NCBI RefSeq assembly: GCF_009914755.1
Contig: NC_060931.1
Strand: one strand, 5' to 3'
Origin: the human T2T-CHM13v2.0 reference genome, Homo sapiens
DNA length: 64,000 bases
Below are positions 36,997 to 50,711 of the stretch, piece after piece. The notes under the pieces are model-generated. The model worked only from the letters and a program-made list of their open reading frames with translations. It did not search any database and was not told the DNA's origin. Made by a program: the position numbers and the translations under genes. Positions within the stretch are counted from its first letter, which is position 1. Every line of letters starts with the position of its first letter.

Positions 36997-38424
36997 AAAG
37001 TGGGTATATATTTTATTGTATGTAGTTAATGCCCAAAAAAGCTGTTTAAAAAGGTATATACTTCTAATCTTACATAATTTTTTACTCTAAGCTTGAAAGT
37101 CCCATATTAATCCAATTACCGTTAGGGTTTGTTCTCTTCCACCCCTAACTATTTCAGGAGCTTTGTTGCTTTTCTTCTCAGCTCCTGTCCATTATCTGCA
37201 TGGAAGTAACCACTACACAAGATCTCAGGCAGGGGCAATGTGCTAGACATCTTTGATTTGTAAAATGATTATCGAGAGAATGAGAGTTGTAGTTCTCTCT
37301 CCCAAGTTTACTTAGAGGTTTCCTTCTTAGTTTAGTTGTACACTATTTCTTCAATTGATGAATACCATGAATTATTCCACTTTCAGGGAAGACCCAAAAC
37401 TCAATATGTAAGACTTGATTTTTTCCCTCAGTTCAACCTCAAATCACTAACAAAACCATGAATTATAACAGCTATAACTCAGTTATAAATGAGAAGAGTC
37501 ATTTCATCCCACAAGGATATAGATAGGTAAATAAACAATTATCATCAAGTAAGCAGGAGGAAATGTTCTGAAATTTCCGAGGAGGGAGCTGAACAAGATT
37601 TTTCTAATACTGGAGTATGGGACTGGGTAATGAAAATCAAAAGGGAGTTCCCAGCCATTGACTGGTGGAAAAGATTATTCTAAACAAAAGAGAGAATATG
37701 TATAAATGATTAGTGGAATTGCTTTTTAAAAAAAAAAAAAAAAAGATGTCCAATAAATATTTGTTATAATGAAATGCACTTGGTGAACTGAAGCATTTAA
37801 TGAAGCTGGGATGTGAGGCATAATTGCAAGATTAATGGAAAATTCAAAATGATGTGTTGGAGTTAAGATACAAGAATTTTGAGAATCTTGTATATCTTAT
37901 TAAGGAATGCAGACTTTAGTCAATGTTCAATTGACAACGTTTAATTTTTGTTTTATTTTAAACATAAATGGCAATCAGTTTTGTATTATAAAAAGATCAC
38001 TTTAGGGGTTCTAAGGAAATTTTGGCATGGGAGAAAAACATGGCAAACTAAAGAGTTAGAAGGCTGTTGTATAGAGTTCTGTAAAGACGCTCCATATTTT
38101 TATGACACAAATTAAACAACTAGAATTAATAAGGAGGAGTACAGACAATGGACATTATTTTTTAAAAGTGCATTGCATTCAGAATGCATTATTTAAGAAA
38201 TCAAAATTACCTATAATGTGTTTAAGATGTTTCCATAATATTCTAGCATGAATTTTTATAAAAGGAATGGCTATATTATAGTCCTAAAATTTTATACCCA
38301 TTGCCAAATAGTTGATAATTCTTATTATTTCTTTGACATTCAAAATATAAAATTAAACATGGATTTACATGCACACATATATGTATACAAACATGGAATG
38401 ATAGATAAATCTGAAAAATATAAA

Positions 38425-38560
38425 AATAAGAGTAAAGAAATGCACAATAGTTGTATAACTACAGTTAATAATAATAATGTATATTAGAAAATTGCTTAAA
38501 AATGTACACATAAATATTCTCACCACAAAATGTAAGTATGTGAGGTGATGTACATGTTAG
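38425..38560 (+). mobile_element. L1MA-type 3'UTR fragment
   Basis: actacagttaataataataatgtatat...attctcaccacaaaatgtaagtatgtgaggtgatg. Confidence 0.55.
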
Positions 38561-40571
38561 TATACATTAAATATTCTCACACAGGTTGACTTTACAAGAT
38601 ATAGAATTTGTGTATTACTGAAGATTACACTTATCATTTAGTAATTATTATTTCTTGACATGTTTTGACTATTGCCTATCTGTCTTCCAGGAGCTTACAA
38701 AATATTCCTTGAGGTTAGGAAGAAAGACGTCCTTTGAAGATAAAAGGGCATCTCCATTTCCGAACTCACTTTCTAATTTCATGTAAGCCATGTTAACATT
38801 CAGTAATTGCTCAGGATGGACATTTCCTCTGGGTACATACACAGAAATAGAATTGATGAATCATATGGTAGTTCTATTTTTCATATTTTGAGAAATCTCT
38901 GTACTATTTTTCATGATGACTGCACCAATTTACATTCTCACCAATAGTGTACAAGGATTCCTTTTTTTCTACACCTTTGCCAACACTTGTTGTTTCTTGT
39001 CTTTTTAAAATATTTATTCTAACATGTATAAGGTGATATCTCATTGTGGTTTTAATTTGCAATTCACTGATGATTAGTGATGTTGAACACATTTTTAAGT
39101 GTCTACTGGGCATTTTTCTGATGGCTTTGGGAAAAATATCTATTCAAATCCCTTCTCTAAAATTGAGTAATTTATTTTTTTGCTGTTGAGTTGTGTGAGT
39201 TTTTATATATTTTGAATATTAACACCTTATGAAGATGTGTGGTTTGCAAATGTCTTCTCCCATTCCATAAATTGCTTTTTCATTTTGTCGATTTTTTTTT
39301 GTACAGAAGCTTTTTAGTTTGTTGTAGTCTCTTGTGTTTATTTTTGCTTTTCTTGTGTGTGTTTTTGGTGTCTTATGCAAAGAAACATTGCCAAGAACAA
39401 GGTCAAACAGCTTTCCTTCTATGTTTTCTTCTAGAAGTTTTAGAGTTTCAGGCCTTATGATTAGGTCTTTAATTCATTTTGAGTCAAGTTTTGTGTATGG
39501 CATAAATTAAGCATACAGTTTCATTCTTGTGTATGTGGATATTTACTTTTCTTAACACCATTCATTGAAAAGATTCTTATTTTCCCACTGTATATTCTTT
39601 GTGTCATTTTCAAAGATTAAGTGACTATATATGTGTGGGCTTGTTTCTGGGCTCTTTATCCTCTTGTATTGGCCTAGGTATCTGCTTCTATGTCAGTATC
39701 ATACTGTTTTGGTTATTATAGATATGTAATATAATTTGAAATCAGGTAGCATTATGTCTCTAGCTTTGTTTTTTTAATTCAGAATTGCTTTGGCTATTTG
39801 GGGCATTTTGTGAGTCCATACAAATTTTTGTAATTTTTGTCTATTTTGGTGAAAAATACCATGGAATTTTGATAGGGATTGCATTGAATATGTAGAATGC
39901 TTTAGGCAGTATGGGCATTTTAACAGTATTAATTCTTATAATACATGAACACAGAATATCTTTTCATTTATTTGTGTGCCCAAGTTTTTAAATAGCAGCT
40001 TTATTTTCAATAGCTAAGCTAGGGAAACAACCTAAGTGGTCCATCAAAGTGTCCGTAAGTAGATGAATGGATAAAGACAATGTAGTATATAATAAAATAT
40101 TATTTAGGTATAAATAAGAAAGAAATCCTGCCATTTGTGACAACATGAGCAAAGCTGGAAGACATTATGCTAAATGAAATAAGCCAAATACAGAAAGACA
40201 ATTACTGTATAACCTCACTTATATGTAGAATCCGAACTAGTCAAAATCATAGAAGCAGAGAATAGAATGGTGGCTGCCAGGGGCTGAGGGAAGAAGGGAA
40301 AGTGGGGAAGTGTGGGTCAAGGGTTATAAACTTTCATATATTAGTCCATTCTCATACTGCTATAAAGAAATACCTGAAACTGGGTAATTGATAAAGAAAA
40401 GAGGTTTAATTATCTCACTGTTCTGCAGGCTGTACAGGAAGCATAATGCTGGCATCTGCTCGGCTTCTGGGGAGGCCTCAGGAAACTTTTAATCACTGCA
40501 GAAGGCAAAGGGGAAACAGGCAAGACTTACTTGGCAGGAGGAGAAAGGGGTGAGGCGGTGGCACACACTTT

Positions 40572-40704
40572 TTTTGTTGTTTAATTTTTTAAATTTTATT
40601 TTCCATAAGTTATTGGGGTACAGGTGGTATTTGGTTACATGAGTAAGTTCTTTAGTAGTGACTTCTGAGATTTTGGTGCTTAAAAAAAAAGAAAAAAAAA
40701 GAAA

Positions 40705-40750
<46 letters not shown>

Positions 40751-40863
40751 TATATATATATATATATGATAGAATAATACTCAGTCATAAAAAGGAATGA
40801 ACTAATAGCATTTGCAGTGAACTGGATGAGATTGGAGACTATTATTCTAAGTGAAGTAACTCA
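40572..40863 (-). mobile_element. Short 5'-inverted L1PB1-like insertion
   Basis: Antisense L1PB 3' end (ccataagttattggggtacaggtggtatttggttacatgagtaagttc) then a sense piece (ctggatgagattggagactattattctaagtgaagtaactcag); TSD ggcacacacttt / ggcacacatttt. Confidence 0.85.
40708..40767 (+). repeat. (TA)n microsatellite, ~30 units with one interruption
   Basis: Direct reading. Confidence 0.95.
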
Positions 40864-42479
40864 GGCACACATTTTCAAACACCCAGATCCCCTGAGAACT
40901 CTATCATGAGAACAGCACTAGGAGGTTTGTGCTAAGCCATTAGAAACCATCCACATGATCCAATCACCTCCCACCAAGTCCCATTCCAACACTGGGGACT
41001 ACAATTCAACATGAGATTTGGGTGGGGACACAGATCCAAACCATATCATTTCAGTTATAAAATGAATACATTCTGTGCATCTCTGTACAGCATGATGACT
41101 ACAGCTAATAATGTTGGATTGTATACATGAAATTTGCTAAGAGTAAATCTTGAGCATTCTCACTACACACACACACAAAAGTAAACTATGTGAGGTGGTA
41201 AATATGTTAATTAACTTCATTGTGGTAATCATTTCACAATGTGTATATGAAATCACCATGTTGTACCCCTTACATATATACAATTTTAATTTGTCAATTA
41301 TTCCTCAGTAAAGCTGGAAAATGAAAGTAATTTTCCAAGGTGGCCAAAGACTGTTGCCTACCTCTGAATTTTTAGCATCTGACACTGCTTCTAAATTACA
41401 TGATGGTTTGGAGTACTGCTTCCTGCAAGGTAAGCTAATTTTAGACCTCCATCTGTAAGAGACCTTTCCTTCTTTTCATGTGACTTTGTTTAGAAAGTAC
41501 CAGAACATTAATATGGTTGAAGGTGAGGGTAGGGATATCATATATGCCTAAATATCATTTCTTCTATTGATCACAGAATATTCAACTTCTCTTGCCTTAT
41601 CTCATCTTTTAACCATTGTTACAGTTTTGCCTGTCATCTCCCTAACAAAGCCACAACACTCGTAAAAATATGATAAGACCAGAGAAGATTGGTGATTGAA
41701 TACATCTATCTAGTCCATGTTTTTGGAAAATATCAGATTACATATCTCCTGACATGTTCCTTGAGGCAAGAGTGGATGTCATTTCCCCACCTTAGCAGGC
41801 CCAGGATCTGGCACATGCATGGCATATAGAAAGCCTTCCCTGAAAGGATAAATGGTGATCCATCATATCATTTATATATGAAAGTATGCCATTTATTTTA
41901 TGCAAACTAAATCAGTTCTTTATACACAATTGCAATGTATTATTTTGATGCTATCCCCACAAACATTTAAATGTAGCTTTGTAGTGCAATATATAGATAG
42001 AAAATAGGGACTAAAGGTCATGATTTCCTTTTGTTACCTGCCAATATTTTAGCTGAAGGCAAAGTTCTACAAATAAAAATGATTAATTTATAAGGTGAGT
42101 TAGTTTCTTAAAATCGGAAACAAAGTAGGCTTTTTTTCTGTAGAAGTGAAGTGCCCCAAAACATAAAATATTCCTTTTGATGTGGTGAGACTTTAATGAT
42201 TTCCTTTGAATGAGATTTCTAAGTTTATGGCCGAATAGGTCATCAATAAGTTCTCTTACACACCTGAACTGTAGTGTAGTGTCATGAGTAGTTACTTTAG
42301 TAAAAGTTAACAACAAAGTATACTTTCTTTGTTTCTCACATCTCATTATGTGCTCTAAATTTCTCATTTTCATTTCAGCTTTCTTTCAGTTTCTTTTCTA
42401 CTTTTTCCCCACATTTAAGTCTTAGTTTGTGTAAGAAATATGTATTAGACATGTTCTTGTCTGAGATGACATATGTCTT

Positions 42480-42950
42480 CATTCTGTTTGAAGTTCAAAG
42501 CAATGCTGGCTTCTGGATTTGGATTATGAGCAAATGAATTGTTCTTAGCTTCCAACAAAGATGTTCTGCAGCAGGGCTGCTCAGAACAAAACTGTGCTGA
42601 CTGCATTGTGCCTTTGCTTTTTATTGACTATTTCATTATGTATGAGGACATGTTCCACCTTTGTTAACCAGTCTGCTTACTCTTGCTAAATATCACATTC
42701 TTAAAAGGCTTTTGGAATGGAAAACAACATAACACTCTGTTGAGATTTGTGACTGTCATCCTTCTAGTTAGAATTGCTCACAGATCGTGCAACAGTAGCA
42801 GTGACGCATCCGTAATAGCTGTCAGCCAGGATGGTCATTAAGCGCTGTCTGCAGTCGAGTCCTGTGCCAGATGGCACCTCAGGAACACAAGACAGAGCAT
42901 TTGAGGCTGCCAAGATTCATTCTGTGCCCTTTTAACTTAGGGCTGGTGGA
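42480..42950. promoter_or_regulatory. Candidate non-coding regulatory element (unverified)
   Basis: Non-repeat sequence; 5 CpGs within 42786-42857 against a CpG-depleted background; TGACGCA, CTGTCA x2, CAGATG and SOX-like motifs. Confidence 0.25.
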
Positions 42951-43149
42951 AAAATAAAATAAAGCAAAAATATTTCTGAGAGTAAAATTCTTACCAGTAG
43001 CTTTCTGGCCTTAGGCTTTTTTGTTTATATACAGAGACAAATCAGTCTTCATATTTAGAAATGAATATTTCCTATTAAGGTTATATCATATACAACATCG
43101 CTTAGTTTTCTAAAATGTATTGCTCATTATGATACTGTACTTAAAATGG

Positions 43150-43750
43150 TGATTTTTTTCCAGTGTTTTGTGGCATGTTTAGCAGATCCTTCAGCCAACA
43201 TTTCTGATAATTTTTCAAAATATTTTTTCTCTTTTCTTTTATATCTGAAAATTGTTTCATGCATGAATTTGCAAACTATTTTTTACTAGTATGCAATTAA
43301 TGATTTCAGGCCATTTATTGTATATCCAATTCTCATGTTTTTGAAATTCCATATGGATTACACTAAATTGTCTGATATATGACAATTTTTTTGGTCTATT
43401 AATTGTGATTCAAAGTATATGTTCTATTAATTCTGAGTCAAAGTATATGTTCTTTTTCACACTAGTGTCACACTGTTTTAATTCTTATTTTATTGAAATA
43501 CATTTTAAATTAGGTAGTAACAACAATTCTTTCTTTTTCATAATAATAATTTTAGCTTTATCTACATATGAATTCCTACAAATAGAGTTTTGCATTATTT
43601 TGTCAAGTTCTTTAAGAACATATCCTGGTGGAATAGTGATAGACATTACAACAAATGTGCATGCTGATTTTGTGATAGTTGAAGAAAACAAAGAAACTTT
43701 TTAATTGGTAAATAATTATTTCACAATTTAGATTTTTGTCTCCCTGAAAA
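43150..43750 (-). mobile_element. Very old L1 ORF2 fragment (L1ME/L1M5-type)
   Basis: cactagtgtcacactgttttaatt...ttttagcttt...ttgtcaagttc resembles antisense old L1. Confidence 0.45.
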
Positions 43751-43801
43751 CAAATTCTCTTTGTAAAGATGTAAATATATTTAATTTAATACGTGCAACA
43801 G

Positions 43802-44229
<428 letters not shown>

Positions 44230-45002
44230 TATGTGCAACAGTAGAATATATCTGTTGCCTAACAATTACACTAGCAAAAATATAGTAAAGGAAATCTAAC
44301 CAAGAAGAGTTCACCTACTCCATGCTACTCTCAACCTTCCTTTTCTAATAAAAAGACATATACTATAAGATTAGGGCTGCAATGACTTTACAAAATAACT
44401 CACTGAGTCTTTGAGAGGATGCTACTTCGGGCTTAAAGATATTTTAGGATTTTCTATAAGGAATTTCAGAAGGTGGTGGTGGTTGGGGGTTGGAATCATT
44501 GAGTAATAATTTGGTTGGGGAGCTGTGATGATTTGAAGGGATGCTTAACAAAAATGGTTTTGGAGGGAGTGAACACCTGAGGGCAAAGAAAATGGATTGC
44601 ATGTGGATCTCAAAGGTGACTGTTTCCTGGTAAAGAGTCTAAATGCCTGGTAGCAATTCCTTTGAGACTCAAAAGGAATTTCAAGATAATAAATAGTTTT
44701 TGGACAAATTAATAAATTAATTACTTTCACTTATCCTCCAATTTCTTTCTAAAATTACTGCAGATCCTCTTCACCTAGATTTTCCATGGTGGTAATCATG
44801 GAGTGAAGGGATAGCATAGTAAGGTGAAGGGACAATGGTCTCATCTTACTTATTACTTTCAGGGTTATGGAGTCTTACTCAAAGTTTCAGGTAGTGATTA
44901 AATGTAGGGAAAAGGAACCCAGAAGGGAACTAGCAGAGTTCCCAGGCTTTTCATAGAGAGTGGTATTTTATGTTTTTTTGTTTTGTTTTATTTTGTTTTG
45001 TT

Positions 45003-46430
45003 TTAATCACACAGCAAATACTTTTAGACTTGTTATGTGCCAAGTACTCTGAGTGCTAGGGATAGAGCCAAAAGGAAAATTTACAACAGTAGATGACCTC
45101 ATGGAATTAATATACTAGAAGAGAGAGAACTAAAAATAGTCAAAATCAAGAGAAAAATACATAATGCATCACCTGAAAATTGATATGGGAAGAAATAAAA
45201 CAGCAGCAAGGAATAAGAAATGCTGATAAAGTAAGAGAACATGAGGTCAGAGAGGGAGCAGGGTGCCAGATCACTTAGCAAATAACTATGGGTTTTATTC
45301 TGAGTGAGTCGTAAATTCACTGGGAAGTTTCAGGAAGGAAGGTGTCATGATCTGAATTTTGTTTCTAAAATGATTCCTCTAACTGCTTGGTTAAAAATAT
45401 GCAGTAGAGGGCAAGGGAGGAATCAGGAAATTGATTAGGAAACAATTGCAGTAATCCAAGCAAGAGATGTTGAGGATGTCAGATCAGGCTGTACGCAGTG
45501 GAGGTGGTGAATAATCTCAGAATTTGAATGTTCTCAAAGCAGAGCAAACAGGCTTTAGTTAAATATCACATATGAGGGGTATACATGAAGCTATTTTTCT
45601 ACAGCAATAGGATTTGAATTAACTGAGATAGCAGAAACCTAAAAAGCAACAGATTTGTTTGGACATAGTAGAATTCAGGACATTAGTTTTGCACAAATTA
45701 TAGTTGAGCTGCCCATTAGGTAATTAAGTAGAGATTTTGTGCAGACAGTTTGGATATCTGAATCTGATTTAGTAGGAGAGATCTTGGATGGAAACATAAA
45801 TCTGGGAGTTATTATATAGAAAGTATTTAAAGCCATGAAATGGGATGAAATCACCAAAGGAGTGACTGTAGATACAGGTAAGGGCTGAGGAATGAGCCAG
45901 TGATACTACAAATATGAGCTTTGAGGATGAAGTAGAATCCACAAAAAAAGCTGAGGAGGAACATCATTGGCTTAGGAGAAAGACCTACAGAGTGAGGCAT
46001 CAAGGAAGCTAAGGGAAGCATCAGAATGGACAGTCTGTACCAAGTGGTGCTGATAGACAAGTGAGATGAGGGCTGAGAATTTGCATCAGTAGTAGCAGCA
46101 TGGAGTGCACTAACACCCTGGCTGAGAACATTGTTAGTAGCATGGTGGGTATCAGAGATAATGGGAGGAGAACATTGAAAATCATTGTTATATACAACGG
46201 TTTTAAAGGGTTTTGCTATGGGGTAGTACCTGGAGAGGAAAGTGGGGCTAAAAAGAATGTTATGGCTTTATTTGTTCTTTTTTGTTTGCTTTTTATGGTA
46301 GGAGAAATAACATATTTTTATGCCGATCTGATGGTCCCATGTAGAAGAGAAAGTTGAAGATTTGCAGAGTAGGGTGGAGGGGGAATTGCCTGAGTCCTAT
46401 GTAGGTTAGAAGAGATGAAACCTACTGCCA
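45003..46430 (-). mobile_element. L2a fragment
   Basis: agcaaatactttt...tatgtgccaagtactc...gctagggata, gcagtaatccaagcaagag, gtatttaaagccatga antisense L2 motifs. Confidence 0.8.
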
Positions 46431-48239
46431 AAGTAGAATTTAGTAAACAATAGGAATTACAAGCTCATATATTTAAGCCACTATTTGAGCCCTGAAAAGG
46501 GAGAGAAGAAATTTAAATATATTAAATAGACTAGGATTTTATTTTGTAGCTTGGTTTTTAGTCACTGGAGACATTTTACTGCATTTCCTTTAATTCAGTG
46601 CAATTTTCATCAGATTTTATATCAGCACAATGCTCAATTCATAAGCTCAATTTACAATCTATCCAAATTTTTTGTTTGTTGTGGAGTTGTTTCCATATCA
46701 TGGCAACAGGTGGAAAATAGATTCTATGTGGAAGAGGAGAAACCTTCATTTATCAGTAAAGTAGAAAGTAGAATTATCCCCTGAGAAATAGTGAGACCAT
46801 GTGAAAAATTGAGATCCAAATCTCAATAACTACTCTGTGCTCTAAGTACCTAGATGCTATAAAGATGTCAGCCCAGCTCCACCATATGGAGATTTCCTTC
46901 TCACTCTTTATATGTTCATATAGTTCTGGACAATTAGAGGTGCAAAATGAGAGTCTACCTGGCCGCAGTCATAGTGATTAGACCAGAGGAAAACCTTCAC
47001 CCAAGTTGAATCAATGTTGCTTTCTTGAGAATTAGAAAATTACACCCATTCCAGTATTGACTGATCTCTTAAATGACAAAAAACATGGAATAGCTGTGTT
47101 TTATGTTTACTGGACTGGCAAAAAATAAAAATGGCCCCCCAAAACATGGAATATTACAGAACTGTTTAGAAAAGCAAAAATGAAAATGTAGGGAGCACTG
47201 AGATTCTCATGGCTGCTCATTAGCATATTTAAGCACATTTCTCAATCCTGACCTAGTGTTCCACAAAATATTCCACATCCTCATGGGACTAAGAAGGGTG
47301 AAGATTACTGGAGCTAATGGGTCAACACGCTTATGTAGGGGGACACTGTACAATAACACTGACATGGGAGATGTCATGGGGTGTGTGGATAGGAAGTCAA
47401 GTTTCAATTATGCTCAAGTTTACAAAAGAACTTTCAGTCAAGAGGTTGAGAACATAAAGGGTTTTCAGAGAGCACAGCAAGGAGAGTCAAAAAACAGCTA
47501 ACAGAGATTAATCAGAAAGGGGTAGCACAGCATAGGATTGGAGTTAGTTGCTGGATTAGACAGAGGGAATACAGGTTGGCATTTTGGGAACTGAATGATG
47601 TTAAGACTAGATGGACATGGAGTTACTAACTATACAGAGGAACTGTGATAATTTTGCACTACTCTAAGTATCTGACAAGACATTGTTATGATGTATAATA
47701 TTGTCAAAACTTGTCTCCTTTGGTTGCCTAAAAAAAAGACCAGCCCTTTTAGCCTCATTCACACTCACTTTCTAATTTCTGAAGAAACTAGCCTTGAATG
47801 CAGGGACCAATCGATGTTTGTCTTGGTTTCAAAGGATGGAAGGGCTGAGCTCCAGGAATGAGATGCTCTCCTGTAATGTCTGTGACTCTTCTCTAAGGAT
47901 TTTATTAAGAAGTCAGACTAAATGCCTGAAAATGAGTGCAGCTTTATTTAATCCACATTCTGAAAATCTTTCACCTATAAACAGGTAGAAGGTAGAAGAA
48001 ACTGCAACTGGTATCATTGCTTTTGCAAGTAAATTTACTATAAGGAATAATTCTTTTTTCCAATTTTAGAGCTCGGTATTAAATATTAGGATGAACCATG
48101 GGAATGAACAAAGGAGAAACAAAGTAGACTTTCTGTAAATTAAGTTTGCCCCGTAAATCATCCTCAGTAATTACACTAGGACAATCAATTTAGCATTTAA
48201 TTAATTATTCAATATTTTAATTTAAGCTCAGGTTTTGGA

Positions 48240-48400
48240 CAATATGGTTTTGGAACAAAGAGAACTTGGTTTAACTTTGAACTCTGCCTCCTAGGCTATG
48301 GTAAATTACAGGAGCCATAGAGACTCTCAATGTCATCATTTGTTAAAGAAGGTCATTTTCTATTTCACAGATTTTTTTTTCCTGCAATTAATTATTCAGT
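48240..48400 (+). mobile_element. MIR fragment
   Basis: ggttttggaac...actctgcctcctaggctatg...ctcaatgtcatcatttgttaa. Confidence 0.45.
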
Positions 48401-50244
48401 ACATATAATATACCTCACAAAAAAAGTCAGCCCAGAATAACCCTTGATTAAATACTTGGTCCCTGCCCTCATTTCTTAAGCAGCAGCCAGTGGCCATGGG
48501 CACCACGTAGCTACTTCATCGTGGGTGGGGCTGACTGCTGCCATGCTCATACTACTTAATAGTGGCCAATTAGTTTTAGAAACAACAAGTTCTTAAAGAC
48601 CTGTTTATTTAAATTCTCTGTATTTATAATGTTTGAGAAACAGATAATAATACTAAAAAAAATCATTTTTTATCACAGTCAAAACTGTTTCCCAAAATTC
48701 AGTCATTGTTCTTCCCCATGAACATAATAGCAGGAGCATGCTATTATGTCTAGTCTTCTTAAAATATTCTGAAGCCTAGCATTTCTCTTTTGGTGGGCAC
48801 AATTCAACCTGTTAATTATATACTTCTTGTTTTTGCCATTATTTAAAATATTTTTCTAACATGCTAGCATTCAAATATATCTCAGTTTTTTGAATTTGCT
48901 ATGAAAAGAAAATAATTTGAGATTAGGGTCACAGATATTTATGAACAGGGAATTAAAAGGCATGACTAATATAATTGGCAAGAGATTTGCCTTACTTTTT
49001 CACAAGTGGAAAAAGCCATGGTTGCTGCTCTTAAATTAACTTAGTTCAATATTAAAATCAGGTAAAGTAACCAAGTCATGTTTCCCTCTCATTTTGCAAT
49101 GCTCAGTGATGTTTTACAAAATTGAAAACTTTACCTTTTCATTCATTTGCTGTATGAATTAAACATTAACAAGATTCAAAGGAGCTTAAAGCCTAGGAAA
49201 AAGGTCAATATACTCTAGGGAAAACTGAAGGTTATTATTTTATGCTATTTTACTGCAGCACTGTAATTTACCACTCAAGCAATCCAGATGGAATATTGAT
49301 ACAGCTGGGTGAGACAAAGTCAACAGCAGGCCTACTTAATCTCTTAATAGGAACTTTCTCAATCCTAACCTTATTATTAGGATTTAGGCTTTTCCATAAA
49401 ATTTTTGACAAAATATTCTTTAAGTTTTATATATTTTCTGAGCTTATTCCATTATTGAAAAATTCTGATCTATGGCTTATTCATTGATGAGATTTTTAAC
49501 TAACCACAATTACCAATAACTAAGATTGTAACTTTATTTTTGCATTCATACATTACACTTAATTAACTGTTACATTTCTACAGCTAAGGTTTGAGAGATA
49601 AATATAAAATTACTAATCTTAGTAATGATGACTGAAATTGAGCTACCAAAACAGTAAAATAATTTGATTTCTATCTCAAAGAAAAATGTCTAGAGAAATC
49701 AATTAAGAAAAATTAACATTTAAAAAGTTCGTTATAAGGCTAATGACTTGTTTTATATTTGAATTTTAAAGCCAGTAGTATAAAGGATGACTCAGGTTGG
49801 AAAATGGTTTGTGCCATTTTCAACTCGAATTGGCACCAAAACAAAGCTGCTAAAATTGTTAAAATTTGGGGTTATTACCTCTTAAAAATCTTTGTAAAAT
49901 TGATTCATAGAAGAGATACCTTCCTTGTTAGAACTACTTGGAAGCGTTTTTGCTATTAGATATTATAATATGTATGGATAATTATAACCAGGTTATTATT
50001 ACATTTTGGGCTGATTACAAAATATTAGTAGCTGGTACTTTAATATTATCATGATTCATTGAAGTGTCATTCATAATGTAAAAATACGTTAAATAACCTA
50101 TTGGCAAACTAAATAATATGATGAAAACTTTATAGTAACGTAGTAGATATGTTTACCACATAGGCATTGACAAGAAAATAAGCCTAGTAGTAATAGGATG
50201 ATATGTATAATGACTCCAACAGAGCGGCTTTTTGAGAAGACAGT

Positions 50245-50711
50245 TGTCAAGCGCATCCGTTGAAGAGAGTCCACCAACAGGCTTTGTGTGAGCAACAAGG
50301 CTGTTAATTTCACTTGGGTGCAAGTGGGCTGAGTCTGAAAAGAGAGTCAGCAAAGGGAGATAGGGGTGGGGGAGTTTTATAGGACTGGGGGAAGCAGTGG
50401 AAAGTTACAGTTAAAGGTGGTTATCTGTGGTTAGCAGAGGAGGGGGTCACAAGGTGCATGGTGGGGAGATCATAAGACTCATTGTTCAGAAGAAGAATGT
50501 CAGAAGGTCGATCTATCAGTTGGGGCAGGACAGGAACCAGTCATAATGGAATGTCGTAAGGTTGGTCAATCAGTTAAGACAGGAGCTGGCTGCTTCACTT
50601 CTTTTGTAGTTTTAGGTTGCCCCAGACTTCTTGGCTCCTGCAGGCCATCTGGTCGTATATGTTCAGGTCACAAGGGTTACAATGGCTGAGCTTCAGCTAA
50701 GAGGCCTGACA
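50245..50711 (-). mobile_element. LTR7C-type (HERV-H family) solo LTR
   Basis: Minus strand starts tgtcaggcctct and ends cagccttgttgctcacacaaagcctgttggtggactctcttcaacggatgcgcttgaca; TSD acagt/acaat; TATAAAA at 50375-50381 (minus). Confidence 0.9.

Larger units (their letters stand above)
40337..41048 (-). mobile_element. MSTA/B solo LTR in the L1MA9, itself interrupted by L1PB
   Basis: tatattagtccattctc...ccaaaccatatca; perfect TSD tttca at 40332-40336 and 41049-41053. Confidence 0.92.
38820..41321 (+). mobile_element. L1MA9-like LINE-1 with 5' inversion (38820-39977 antisense, ~39980-41321 sense)
   Basis: Antisense ORF2 ([12 protein letters not shown]) switches to sense ORF2 end and 3'UTR finishing tgtcaattattcctcagtaaagctggaaaa; degenerate TSD agtaattgctcaggatgg / agtaattttccaaggtgg. 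Confidence 0.85.
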
